In this document: positions 28,385-43,013 of the stretch, in pieces
Layout of the letters: each line of letters starts with the position of its first letter
How positions within the stretch are numbered: the stretch's first letter is position 1
Assembly (NCBI RefSeq): GCF_009914755.1
Contig: NC_060942.1
DNA: 64,000 nucleotides
Source of the DNA: the human T2T-CHM13v2.0 reference genome, Homo sapiens
Direction: 5' to 3' (one strand)
Program-made: the position numbers and the translations under genes
The notes under the pieces: model-generated
What the model was told of the DNA's origin: nothing
Databases searched by the model: none
The model's input: the letters and a program-made list of their open reading frames with translations, nothing else

Positions 28385-28545
28385 TTAATCCTCACATTTA
28401 CCTTAGATACCAATAATATCAACATTTTCCAAATGGGGAAATTAAGGCTTAGAGAGTTTAAACAGCTTGACCCCAAGTAGGAAGTGACAGAGCTGGGCTT
28501 TGAACCCAGGTCATTCAGCTTTAGATCCCATAAATGTTAGCAGCT
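28385..28545 (-). mobile_element. MIR
   Basis: ttttccaaatggggaaattaaggcttagagag...agtgacagagctgggctttgaacccaggtc. Confidence 0.8.
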
Positions 28546-29566
28546 TCCACAGGCTATGCTGCCACTAGGCAATTTGGGGCTTAGGTCGGCCAGTGGCTCT
28601 GTCTTCCTGTGCATGGAACCCGGGCTCGGGCAGCCCCTTTGTCCAGGAACGTGACCTGCTGCCCACCCAGCTGCTCTCTTGTCCCACAGCACTCGTTGTA
28701 GAGGTCCCTGCACGGCCTTCCGTGATACCCCTTCTTCTTCACCTCACATGCATCACTCAGACCTCTGACATCACCTCCTTGTTGGTAGAGCTTTCTGTGA
28801 CTCCTTATGGCAGCAAGTCATTCCCTCCTGCATGTTCCCTTGCCACTGAGCCTGTAGGCAGTGCATTTCCCATGGAAACATAATGGCATATTTATAGGCC
28901 AGTCACCTGAGCTGAACTAGGAGCTCCTCGCAGACAGGTGAATGCCATCTTCATCTGTGAGTTTCTAGACTGGAGAGGATGCGGCAGAGACCATGGGCTG
29001 CTTTGCTTAAGGCTCATCCAACCCCTGACCAGCTTGTCTTTCAGTACAGCAGAGGCCAAGAAGCAGAAAATGACAGGTGAAGCCAGGTCCCATGTGTAGT
29101 TTAGTTCCTGCCAATCAAACACATTCATGCGAGACTGATTACAGACTGAGCTATGATGGGCAAAAGGCAAGGGCCAAGGCATTCATTTTGCTGGAGTGGA
29201 TCTTGGTTTTTAAACTGTCACAGCAATCTCCTCAGTCAGACAGATCTATATAGTGTGTAGTCTATTTATATTTGTAATGAAAAAAAAAAGAATAAATGTA
29301 ACAAAACTGCCCTCTTAAAGGTTGTTTGTTAATAACCTCCAAGACTCAATTTCAATTTCCATCCACTTGGTCTGTTAACCATGACTCTCTCACTTTTTCA
29401 AAGATACCAGGCTTTGCATTGCCTCATATTTAGATCAGAAATTCTTTTAAATTTGTCAAGGATTCCAGCTGTTAGAAAGAGAGTGGGAAATAGCAATGGA
29501 GAAAGACAATGTAATCAAAAGGAAGGATTACTGCTGGGCAGCAAAATCCAAAAATGTCCACTGAAA

Positions 29567-29891
29567 GGTTGGGCATTGTTGCTCATGCCTGTAATCCCAG
29601 CATTTCAGAGGCCGAGGTGGGAGGATCACTTGAGGCCAGAAGTTTGAGACCAGCATGGGCAACATAGGGAGACATTGTCTCTACAACAAAAGCTAAAGAG
29701 CTAGCTGGACATAGTGGCACACGCCTGTAGTCCCAGCTACATGGGAGGCTGAGACAGAAGGATTGCTTGAGCCCAACAGGTCAAGACTACAGTGAGCTAT
29801 GATCTTGCCACTTGCATTCCAGCCTGGAAGACTGAATGATATCATGTCTCAAAAAAAAAGAAAGAAAGAAAAGAAAAAGAAAAAGAAAAAG
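29567..29891 (+). mobile_element. AluJ
   Basis: Dimer; TSD aaat(gt)ccactgaa. Confidence 0.9.
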
Positions 29892-30126
29892 AAATCCACT
29901 GAATCCCTCAAATCAAACCAAAGAGGCAGGAATCCAGGCTTGCATGCAGCACTCGGCCTTATCTTTTACTTGTATATTCTTTATTAGGTATCTCTCCACT
30001 TCTAGGATTCTGCGCATCTACAATATCTCTGATGTACCAGAAAACTGTAAAATGCACAGGAAAGCCCCTTTGGGGAGCAGAGTGAAGAGTGAGTAGGAAG
30101 TCCTGGTAGAATTTTACCAGCGAGGC

Positions 30127-30326
30127 AAAGGGAGGCTCAGTGATTGATTGGAGATCTAGTGAGCTGGCAGCCAAACCTCAGGCAAGTCTCCTGACACCTG
30201 CTCCATTGTTCCTTTACTGTGTTCTTTATAATTGACTTCTCAGTAAGAGTTGACAATGGCCATAGCAGGTACCCTAGAACCAAAAAGCTGAGTCTCATGA
30301 AATCCTGCCCAGCTCCAGGGCAGTCA
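30127..30326 (+). repeat. Left arm (donor) of a ~200-bp inverted duplication
   Basis: Its reverse complement aligns to 31574-31783 with 7 substitutions, 2 single-base indels and one 9-for-1 replacement (hand alignment). Confidence 0.95.
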
Positions 30327-31573
30327 GATGGGGACTGGGAATGATAGAGGATGGAAAGTTTTTCATCTCAAGGGTTTTGGTGCATCGTGATGGGCAGTGG
30401 TGCGGAGGACGCATCAACAGTTGAACGAAACTTTGTTTAAGAATTGTGTAGGCTGAAAGTGATTGGTGCTTGACAGTGCTTTACCCACTGCTAAAAACAA
30501 AGTCTTAATTTTGAGGTGGTGCCAACAGTTTGCTCCACTAGGATGGCAGGGAGCTTCCTTCGGTTTAAATATTTACATTGCATTTTCAGCACCACTCTCA
30601 GCCTTACTGTAGCAGGCAACCACTTAGTGGGTGTTTGAAGATGACAATGCCCCACGCTCAGCGCTTCTTTAGCGTTAATGGACAAGAGCAAGCTGTATGT
30701 CTTCTTAAATAAAACAGCAGCCTTTTGTGACCTCCCTTTTCTCAGGCAGCACCAACTCAATTATTCACTCAGAACTGCAAGGAACACTTCAGACGTTACT
30801 CAAGCATTCATCATCCACCCCCACCCCCACAAATCATATAAAGGGAAAATAATCAAAGACATTTAAATAATCACAATTTTTAAAAGTATAAAGCAGAACA
30901 GACAGTTTTATTTTAGATCTTAAGTGAAAGTGGATTAAGGTTTTCCTTAGAAAACATTTATTGGAGAATTTCAGATGAATTTCAGTTTTGCCGCCTGGTG
31001 TCGAATCCTGCTTTTTAAACCTTGTCTCTGCAGAGTCACCCCTTTTTCTCCAGTCCCACTCTCACTGCTGTTGGTCTGACCCTGTATGTCTGTGATTGGA
31101 TAGACAGCAACTGTCCCTAGGAAAGGCATAGCATGGGAAAGTGTGGATGTCTCAGTGTCCCTCCTGAGATTCACTCTATGACAATGACTGCATAGCCACC
31201 ATCATGGCCAAACCACACCCATCCTGCAACACCCAGCCTCTTCCCAGGCCCTCCCGTTAGCACTTGGTGCTACCTATTCTCCGTTCATGGCTTCCCCATT
31301 GCCTGGGTCTTTGCTCCAAGGTCTTTGCTTTTCTCACCAAGGGCTTTGCTTTTCTTAGGTGCATCCACATTTTAAAAGCAGGATTCTTATCCAAAGGAAT
31401 AAAAGGGAACTATCCAGAAATGTATTGAATTACAGAAGTAATGAGTTGGTATAAAAACAAAAGTTCAAATGTTGTAAGAGCTCTTGTATAAAAATAAAAT
31501 GCCCTCCTCCCTTTGCCCCTCCCAGTCTCACTCCTTAGGCAGCTATTAATACTTTTGACCATTCTTTTTTTTT

Positions 31574-31783
31574 TGACCTGCCCCTGGAGCTGGGCAGAAT
31601 TTCATGAGACTCAGCTTTTTGGTTCTGGGGCACCTGCTATGGCCATTGTCAACTCTTACTGAGAAGTCAGTTATAAAGAACACAGTAAAGGAACAATGGT
31701 GTTCCTTTGCAGGTGTCAGGAGACTTGTCTGAGGTTTGGCTGCCAACTCACTAGATCTCCAAACAATCACTGAGCCTCCCTTT
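31574..31783 (-). repeat. Right arm (inserted copy) of the ~200-bp inverted duplication
   Basis: tgacctgcccctggagc...tgagcctcccttt is the reverse complement of 30127-30326. Confidence 0.95.
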
Positions 31784-31797
31784 ATACATATCCCTCA

Positions 31798-31837
31798 TAC
31801 AATATCATAATTGTATAATATAAATACAAGTAATAAC
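31798..31837 (+). repeat. 40-bp direct copy of 32746-32785
   Basis: tacaatatcataattgtata(a/c)tataaata(c/t)aagtaataac, 38/40 identical. Confidence 0.9.
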
Positions 31838-32001
31838 TCTAAATAATATGATATGCCCTATTTCTTGATTTCTCTCTTTAAATAGTATCTATCCACTTTT
31901 TACCATGAAACTGAAGAGTTTGGTTCATCTTCTCCCTTTTCCCTCCCTCGTCAAATTTTTGTTTATTATATTTTTATCTCTTGGTCCTTCTATGAGTCAA
32001 C

Positions 32002-32483
32002 TATAAAAATAAATAAAGACCAATCACATGAGAAAAGCAAAGGCTATTTATTCTGAGCTTGCTGTAGCAAGGGAGTCAGCCACCCACCGTCACTTACATT
32101 TTGGCAGAGACTCAAAGGCAGGCAGAGGAGTAGGAAAGCTTTAGATTAGAGAACAAGGAAGGCTTCAGCTATGGTCGGATTGAAGGCTGCTGGCATGCGG
32201 AAGCTATAGGTGGACTAAGTAGAAGTAGGGTATCCTATGTGACTAGTTAGGGGTGCGTATTTGGCTTCCTCTGGTTGGTCCTAAGTTGGAAGCAGGGATA
32301 AAAATTTGGGAAGCTGTCAGTTATTAAACAAGTCCTGGCCATTTGGGGCTGACTTAGGCTGGCTGGATTGTTTATGGTAGAAAAGGGCATTGGTTTCCTG
32401 GGCAGGTTGCTGCTGATCGTGGGTCAAAGTTCATCTACATATACATGGCCTGGCCATTGCCTGCTTGGCTATTCAGTCTCTCA
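32002..32483 (-). mobile_element. ERV1 solo LTR, MER110/MER90-like
   Basis: The reverse complement starts tgagagactgaatag...caatggccaggcc; perfect 4-bp TSD caac at 31998-32001 and 32484-32487. Confidence 0.8.
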
Positions 32484-32787
32484 CAACTTCATAACTTTAA
32501 ACAATAGAGTTAAACTTCTATTTCGTGATCTTCCAAATGTAAACAGTGTTTCTTTCTCCCCATTCTGTAAGATACCCACCCCCACCACCAGCTAATCTCC
32601 CTCCCTCTACCTCCCAGCTTCTTCCAGCCATACCATTATTTTTATATATGAAAAGTTGTAATCATACTATCCCTTTGGCATGTGTAACTATTCCATGATG
32701 TGTCTATAGGTCAATTTTGAAAATCAAGAGCCAGTAAGCAGCATTTACAATATCATAATTGTATACTATAAATATAAGTAATAACAA

Positions 32788-32925
32788 TTTTTTAAATTTT
32801 ATTTTATTTTAAGTTCTGGGACACATGTGCAGGACATGTGGGTTTGTTACATAGGTAAATGTTTCACGGTGGCTTGCTGCACCTGCCAACCCATCACCTA
32901 GGCATTAAGCCCCGCATGTGTTAGT
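32788..32925 (-). mobile_element. Very short 5'-truncated L1PA 3' end
   Basis: ttttaagttctgggacacatgtgcaggacatg..ggtttgttacataggtaaa...ccatcacctagg..ttaagccc. Confidence 0.88.
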
Positions 32926-33386
32926 AATAAGATAATTAAATGATATAAGTATGATTTACTAGTTGAAAAAAGTAATGAGATTTCATCCATAATTGAACTT
33001 AGTGAAAGAAATTTTATATCTGTAAGCCTGTACCACTGGAAGCATAATATTTTAAACATCAATGTAAAGTTGGTTCTCCTTTATTATACATTTTTTTTTC
33101 TCAAAGGCCTACATGTCAGATAAACTTTCTTGGTCTTGAATATCTGAAAATGTCAGCATTTCTATTTCACATCTGATTGATAGTCTGGCTGGATACTTAA
33201 TTCTAAGTTCCAGGTGTAGGACTTTGAAGACATTGCTTGGTTGACATCTACTATCCAACATTGTGGATCAAGTCATCTGATATCAATCTCATTTTCATTT
33301 TTTTATAAGTAATTCATGTTTTTCTTTCTAGAAGCTCTCAGGATTGTCTTTTTATCCTGTTGTTCTAGAATTTCAAGTGGATGTAA

Positions 33387-33758
33387 CCTATGGGCTAAAT
33401 ATTTGTGTCCACCCACCTCACCCCAAGTTCATATGTGGAAACCCTAATGCCCAATGGGACACAATTTGGACATAGTATTTGGGAGGTAATTAGGTCTTTC
33501 AGGTAGAGTCCTCCTTAGGGGATTAAGGCCCTTATTAGAAAAGACATCGGAGAGCTTGCTCCCCTGCTCTCTGCCGTCTGCCATGTGAGGAATCAGCGAG
33601 AAGGCAGCTGTCTATGAACTAGAAGGAAGACCTTCACCAGGAGCTGACCATGCTGGCACCCTAAGCTCAGACTTCATGAACTGTGAGAAATACATGTTTG
33701 TTTTTTAAGCCACCCAGTCTTTGGTATTCAATTATAGCATCCCAAATTGGCAAAGACA
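33387..33758 (+). mobile_element. MLT1A0-like MaLR solo LTR
   Basis: ctatgggctaaatatttgtgtcc; gccatgtgagga; gaactgtgagaaata..ttaagccacccagtct; ends aagaca. Confidence 0.85.
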
Positions 33759-34049
33759 AGGTGTCTAGAAAATTATTTTGGATAAAGCCCTGAAATCCTC
33801 CCACCAGTTATTCCACCTGTGACTGAGGTTGGCTCTCTCACCAGCATTGCTATAATCTCTTCCCCTCAGACAAGGAATCTTCAGGTATTAATTGGCAAGC
33901 TTGTCTTCCAACCCCACGCTTCGACTATGCCAATCCTATTTTAAGTAACTCTTTGAGAGACAGCTTGTTATATCAGAAGGAGAACCCCATGTGATCTCGA
34001 GGGAAGGTTATTCAACCTCCCAAAACCTCAATTTTATTATCCATTGGAT

Positions 34050-34393
34050 CAGCAGTCCCCAACCTTTTTGGCACCAGGGAGTGGTTTTGCGGAAGACGAT
34101 TTTTCCACCGATGGGATGGCGAGGGAATGATGGTTCATGGATGAAACTGTTCCAACTCAGATCATCAGGCATTAGTTAGATTCTCATGAGGAGCACATAA
34201 CCTAGATTCCTCACATGTGCAGTTCACAATAGAGTTCGAGCTCCTGAGACTCTAATGCTGCTGCTGATCTCTCAGGAGGCAGAGCTCAGGCAGTAATGCT
34301 CACTCACCCCACTGCTCACCTCCTGCTATGCAGACAGGTTCGTAACGGACCACGGGCCAGTACTGGTCCATGGCTCAGGGGCTGGGACTCCTG
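34050..34393. mobile_element. MER1B (hAT-Charlie) inserted into a MIR
   Basis: cagcagtccccaacctttttggcaccaggga...gggactcctg; degenerate 8-bp TSD cattggat/tgttagat; MIR text on both flanks. Confidence 0.9.
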
Positions 34394-34728
34394 TGTTAGA
34401 TGGACATAACAGTACTACCTCTTAAGATGTTTGTGAAGCATAAATTAGAGTAAAATGTGAATACAACTCACCTGCCACAAATGATAGGAGTTATTAGGAG
34501 CTAACGAAGTGAGACAACATATATATATATAATGATTGTAACTGTGGCGTGTGTGTGTGTGTGTGTGTAATAAATGTTTGTAAACTACCATCATATAATC
34601 ATTCCCCAAAACAATGTACTTATAAGAAGAAAACCTGGCCTTGTCCCTACATAAATGGAAGAAAACAAATACAGCATTTTTAAAGTGTAGAAGAAGCTTA
34701 TTAGAGTGGTTTTCAAAAACATAAATGA

Positions 34729-34900
34729 GGCCAGGCATGGTGGCTCATGCTTGAAATCCCAGCATTTTGGGAGGCCAAGTTGGGAGGATTGCTTGAGCCC
34801 AGGAGGTCAAGGCGGCAGTGAGCCATGATAGCACCACCGCACTCCAGCCTGGGTAATGAAGCAAGACTGTCTCAAACACACACACAAACACACACACAGA
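34729..34900 (+). mobile_element. Alu monomer (left/right chimera) with (CA)n tail
   Basis: Left-arm 5' end fused to right-arm 3' end. Confidence 0.85.
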
Positions 34901-35349
34901 CACATGAAGATTGTGGAGCTCCAAAGTAGATATAAATGGACAACAGAACCACATACAGGCTAAGCCACAGAAACTACTATCTGGGCCAAGTGTGAGCAGG
35001 TAGTGTCTGGGAGGGTGTGTGGACCCTCTCTGGGAAAAAACAAGTGCAAGAAGATGAGGGAATGGGGCGTTGAGAAAGAAAGTGACCTGGGAGAGCAATA
35101 ACAACTTCTAAGCTGACAACAGCTAAGATAGGGAACATAGCATGTTTGTGTATGCACGTGTGTGTGTGTTTATCAGTATGTCATAGGCCATGTCAAGGAA
35201 GGAGAGAAAGAAAATAGCAATAAAAGTAGAATGCAGTAAAATAAATGATGGCAGATAAAATATGAAATAGATTTGGTGTTTTTGAAACATCATCAACAAA
35301 AAAAAATGACTAGTAGCCTCTAAACATTTTGTGTAAAGGAACATTTTCA

Positions 35350-37232
<1,883 letters not shown>

Positions 37233-37633
37233 GATAAAGTGATCATTTATACCAGAATTTCAACTTGCTTTTAAAACGTGGATGCCTTCTCTGAGACAAG
37301 CACTGTGTCTATCATGATTGTAATTCAGTCTATTACCTCAGGCAGAGACATGCATGTTCACAAATAGCACAGCCCTGGTTCAGCCCTAAATTTCAATTGC
37401 ACACAAGTCATACATACAAGATGCCATGGCAGACAGGGCTAAGAACAACTCAATTTGCTGGAGTTCATTTCAGGAGACTTCACGTAGGAGATGGTGGCTG
37501 AGAGGGGCCTTGAAAAATGGGTCAGCTTCATTAAGATGAGCTGAAGAAACTGATCCAGGGCTGGGAAGGAAATGGGTAGAGGTAGCAGGGCTTGAAAGCA
37601 GATCAGAGAGGGGTAATTTTGGAGAAGTGGCTA

Positions 37634-38085
<452 letters not shown>

Positions 38086-39019
38086 CCACAGTCTTTCCCC
38101 GAATCCTGTTCAATCCTCTCAAAGAACACTCTATTCTGGTAGGAAAGGTACGAGGAGGGAGCGTGAGCCACCCACACAAATCTTCTGCTCCTACAGGAAG
38201 AATAAATAAAACCCTACCGATGTGAGTCGCCAATACCATCTTCAGCCATAAATGACGAAGCATTTTTATTGTTCTTTACCCTGTATGCTTGAAACCTGGC
38301 AGGTCTGAGGATTAACATGAGCCACTGTCCTGCCGGAGCAGAGGATGATCTTTGCACCACCCTGGCAACTCCTATTAAAGGCTCAAAGCTTATGCCCTTT
38401 TCTTGCTCCTTTTCCAAGTTGGCTGGGTGTTTTTAAAAACTTGCCTTTGCCTCTAGAGCCTTCCTATCAGCCACTGGTATGGGCCAAAATGACCACCATA
38501 AGTGTGATGTCCCCTTTTTGCTAAATTTTCAGACTCTAATCTAAAATGGAATTGATTTGTGTAATGTCTGAACCCTTGAGACTATTTCTGCTTGGAATGG
38601 AAATTGACTCCATTCATGTTTCAGGAGTGGCAGGCTCCCAGAAATCCAACAGTGTCTTCATCATAGATTCCTGCCAACATGGTTCTGCCTAATAAATATG
38701 AACCCAGGTACTGGAGACCATTGATCCCCATTTCAGCCTTCTGAGAGTCTCAGAACATATGCACAAGCAAAGCACCCACATTCTGGTGGCTCTGGGTGCA
38801 TTGTGTTGAGAAGGGATTTGAGTGAGATGTGTAGGGAGAGGAAGCGGGGCAATGCCAGAGAAATCCTTTCTCCATTTTTATCAGATCTGCTACCTTTTGC
38901 TCCCTTGGAGATTCTGAGTAGATATAGTTAAGAATTTTTGAGTGACAAGAGTTATTGATACACATGGTCAATTGGCCAACACACAGCCATGCCAACCTCT
39001 TTCTCTCATGAGTGACATC

Positions 39020-39505
39020 CTGTAGCAAAGCTGAAGAAGTGAGATTCTTCCTTACCCAGCCTTCCTTGCAGCTAAAGACAGCTATGTGACCCAGTTCTAG
39101 CCAATGACATATAAGAGGAAGGGTGACAGAATCTTTTGCAAAAATGTTTTCTTTACAAATGAAAGAAAAGAGGCATTTGAGGACAAGTTATTTTATTGTT
39201 AGTTTGTGCCCCTCTCCCACTACTTCCTGTCTCGGAATTCTGTTGCAATGTCTGAAGCTGTAGTAGCCATTCTGTAATCATGAGGCCTCAAGCACAAAGA
39301 TGAAAAACCAGCACACAGAAGATGGTGGAGAAGGAAAGATAGAAAGAGCCCCGCTCTTTGATGCCATCCCTGACCTGCTAGTCCAGCGCTAGTCTGGATT
39401 CCTCCAGACTTCTTGTTTGGTCAAATAACAAGATGCCATCATTGTTTAAGCCATGGTTAACAGAGTTTTCTATGGCTGGCAGCCAAATATATTCAAGATA
39501 ATGTA
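39020..39505 (+). mobile_element. MLT1 (I/J/K-like) LTR
   Basis: cccagccttccttgcagct; atgtgacccagttctagccaatga; ctccagacttcttg; ttgtttaagcca. Confidence 0.75.
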
Positions 39506-39887
39506 GATTCTACTACTTTCTCTCCCCTAACCTCTGGAAGTTGCCTTTACTTACACTAAAATGTACAGAACTCTCCTGGTTCCTGCCCAGAAAATCAATT
39601 TATTAAAAAGAGTAGCTGGACTTCCAGTAAAATGCTGTAGCAATAGATGACTATTAGATGGAGGATGATATAGTGATGGTAGTGGGAAGGGCAGGTGCAT
39701 GGCTCAGGGCCTCTGTGTGATAAGCAGCCCTTGCCTTGCCCTGACTGTTTCATGAGAGATACAGGAAGACCAGTGTTTTCTTTTTTCTTTTTTTTTTTTT
39801 TTTGGTCCCTCTCTGGTTAATGAGTGGGTTTAATAGTGACTACCCGGAAATATATACCCCATGCAGAGCTGAAGATCAATATTACTA

Positions 39888-39965
39888 GAGGGAAGGGAAG
39901 AGGAGTGAGGAAGGAAGGGAGGAGACAAGGAAAGGAGGAAGGACAGGAGGAGGGAGGGAGGAAGG
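39888..39965. repeat. GA-rich (GGAA/GGAG) low-complexity tract
   Basis: gagggaagggaagaggag...gggagggaggaagg. Confidence 0.8.
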
Positions 39966-40126
39966 TGATAGGTTCAATACAAACTTGAAGATATGGGGGA
40001 TAGCAGGGGATAGAAGAGTTCTGGAGCAACAAACAATACCAGGATTAAAATCAGAAGCTGAGGAGCAAAATTTGGCTGATGTGGTAGTTGAAAGCAGCCA
40101 CATGAAGGGGCAGGAGGGCTGTCTGA

Positions 40127-40492
<366 letters not shown>

Positions 40493-40586
40493 TGACTGAT
40501 GTCTCACATCATGTAAGATGATCTATATATTCAGCGTCCAACCTTCAGGCACAGCTGGTTTTCTTGGAGCAACCTGTATTCCAACC

Positions 40587-40978
40587 TGTATGCCAGAGCT
40601 TCCATAACAAAACTCCACAGACTGGGTGGCTTAAACAACAGAAATAAACTTTCTCACTGCTCTGGAGGCTGCAAGTTCAAGAGTAAGGTATCAGCCAGTT
40701 TGGTTTCTTCTGAGGTCACTCTCCTTGGCTTGCAGATGACCACTTTCTTGCTGTGTCCTCACATGCTCTTTCCTCTGTGCACACACATGTCTGTGTCCTA
40801 ATTTTTGCTTCTTACAAGGTCACCAGTTGTGTTGGATGAGTTGAGGTCACCATGTGACCTCATTTTACCTTAATGACCTCTGGAAAGGCCCTATCTACAA
40901 ATCTAGTCACATTCTGAGGTAGTGGGGGTCAGGACTTAAACATGTGAACTGGGGCAGGACACAGTTCAACCCGTAACA
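40587..40978 (-). mobile_element. MLT1A/B-like LTR
   Basis: ccataacaaaactccacagactgggtggcttaaacaacagaaat...gacacagttcaacccgtaaca. Confidence 0.85.
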
Positions 40979-40982
40979 CCCC

Positions 40983-41831
40983 TGTAACAAATCGCCACAG
41001 TGTCTTAAAGCAACACAAATTATTCTCTTACAGTCCTGGAGAACTGTATTAGTCTGTTTTCATGCTGCTGATAAAGACATACCCAAGACTGGGCAATTTA
41101 CGAAAGAAAGAGGTTTATTGGACTTACAGTTCCATATTGCTGGGGAGGCCTTACAATCACGGTGGAAGGCAAGAAGGAGCAAGTCACATCTTACGTGGAT
41201 GGTGGCAGGGAAAGAAAGAGAGCTTATGCAGGGAAACTCCCATTTTTAAAACCATCAGATCTTGTGAGACTTACTCACTATCAGGAGAACAGCACAGGAA
41301 AGACCCACCCTCATGATTCATTTATCTCTCACTGCATCCTTCCCACAATTATGGAATTATGGGAGCTACAAGATGAGATTTGGGTGGGGACACAGAGCTG
41401 AACCATATCAAGGACAGAAGTCCAAAATTGGTTTCACCAAGCCAAAATCAAGGTGTCAGCAGGGCTGCATTGCTTCTGCAGGCTCTCAGGGAGATCTGCT
41501 TCCTGGATTTTTCCAGCTTTGAGAAGTCTCATGCATTATTTGGCCTGGGATCCTTCCTCCATTTCTTAAGCCAGCAGTGGTTGGTCAAGTTTTTCTCACT
41601 CCGTGTTACTCTAACACTCCAATTCTGTAGTCAAATCTCCCTCTGCCTCTCTCATTTAAGGACACTTGTAAATACATTTAAGGCCCACCCACAGAACCCA
41701 ACGTAATCTGCCCACCTCAAAATCCATAATTTAATCCCATCAGCAAAGTCATTTTGCCGTAAAATAATATATTCACAAATTCTGGGGATTCAGAAATGAA
41801 TACTTTTGGAGGCCATTATTCAGCCTATCAT
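40983..41831 (-). mobile_element. MLT1 (D/E-like) LTR split by THE1B
   Basis: tgtaacaaatcgccac..cttaaagcaacacaaatt; aaatcaaggtgtcagcagggctg; ends ggccattattcagcctatca. Confidence 0.8.
41045..41410 (-). mobile_element. THE1B-like solo LTR
   Basis: tgtattagtctgttttcatgctgctgataaagacatacc...aaccatatca; 5-bp TSD agaac/aggac. Confidence 0.92.
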
Positions 41832-42691
41832 GTGTCATAAATCCACATCTGTACTGTGCACACTGTGCACACTGTAGCTGTACCCCTGAGCTGGTCGGGT
41901 GACACCAGAGCTGGTGTCACTGGTGCTTTCCCAATCACAAAGAGAAGAATCTGATGAGTGTGTGTCATGTTCTGGGGGAGTGGGGCTGAGACTAGTTAAT
42001 AAACTCGATTCCTCTAGTTCTGTAATCCCCATATGCCTTGCAAATTAAGTGGTTTAAGGAACTCCTTTAGGTCCCTAGAGCCCACCAAATGGAACTCTCC
42101 TGAGGACCCCAGTTTAAAAAGTAATGAGGAAAAACAGTGAGGACAGGGGGGTTTGCTTGTCCCTAAAGAATCAGTCACACAGCTCAGCAGTCGAGCAGTC
42201 ACAATGGAACACCAAGAATGTAGCACTTTGCTGAGTCAGCATCTGCAAATCTGAGCTGAGCTGCTTCTCCAGCAAAGACCAGTTCCCAGGGTCCACCATC
42301 CACACACTTGTTTCAGGCCCTCATTCCTAGGTGTGCCCCGGACCAAGGGCAAGCCACATGGAATGATCCTATATGCATTTTTATGTTGATGAAATTGGGT
42401 GAAAATGAGAGAAGACTGGGAGATGCTGAAGGTAGAGGAATAGGCCCGTTTGCTTTTCTTTGATGATAGAGAACTTTTGAAACCAAATGTATATATATCA
42501 CCCCCATGTATTTTTTTTAAAGTCTCACCTAAGAGATACCTATGATCTTTTCCTATTTTAAAATATTTTAAGCATTAAGAAAATTTTAGAGAATTGATTA
42601 TTAAACACAAGTACATTCAGTCCAGCTGTCAGACTTTAACATTTTGCCATATATAATTCATATCTCTCTTTTTTAATAAATAAAATACAAC

Positions 42692-43003
42692 AGAAGATTT
42701 TTAGAGTAGTTACACTATTCTATATGATCCTATACTAATGGATACATGTCATGATGCATTTGCCAAAACCCATTGAATGTATGACACTAAGACTGAATGC
42801 TAATGTAAATTATGGACTTTGGATGATAATGATGAGTCAATGTAGATTCATCAGTTACAACAAATGTACTACTCTGGGGCAGGATGTAGATAGTAGAGAA
42901 GGCTGTGAGTACATGGGGGCAGGGAATATATGGGAAATCTCTGTACCTTCTACTCAATTGTTCTGTGAACCTAAAAATACTCAAAAATAAACTTTATTTA
43001 AAA
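42692..43003 (+). mobile_element. L1MC1/2-type 3' end
   Basis: tggatacatgtcat; atgtaaattatggactttgg; ggaaatctctgtaccttc..tctgtgaacctaaaa. Confidence 0.85.
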
Positions 43004-43013
43004 TATATATATA

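Larger units (their letters stand above)
31490..33385 (-). mobile_element. Degenerate old L1ME/HAL1-type sequence hosting several insertions
   Basis: tctaaataatatg..ctatttcttgattt; tatctgaaaatgtc; ttgatagtctggctggata; actttgaagacattgctt; ctagaagctctcaggatt. Confidence 0.55.

Noticed and set aside
31838-31855. Apparent extension of the 40-bp direct repeat past the L1PA insertion
   Set aside because: tctaaataatatg is better explained as resumption of the host LINE sequence; the similarity is AT-rich and weak
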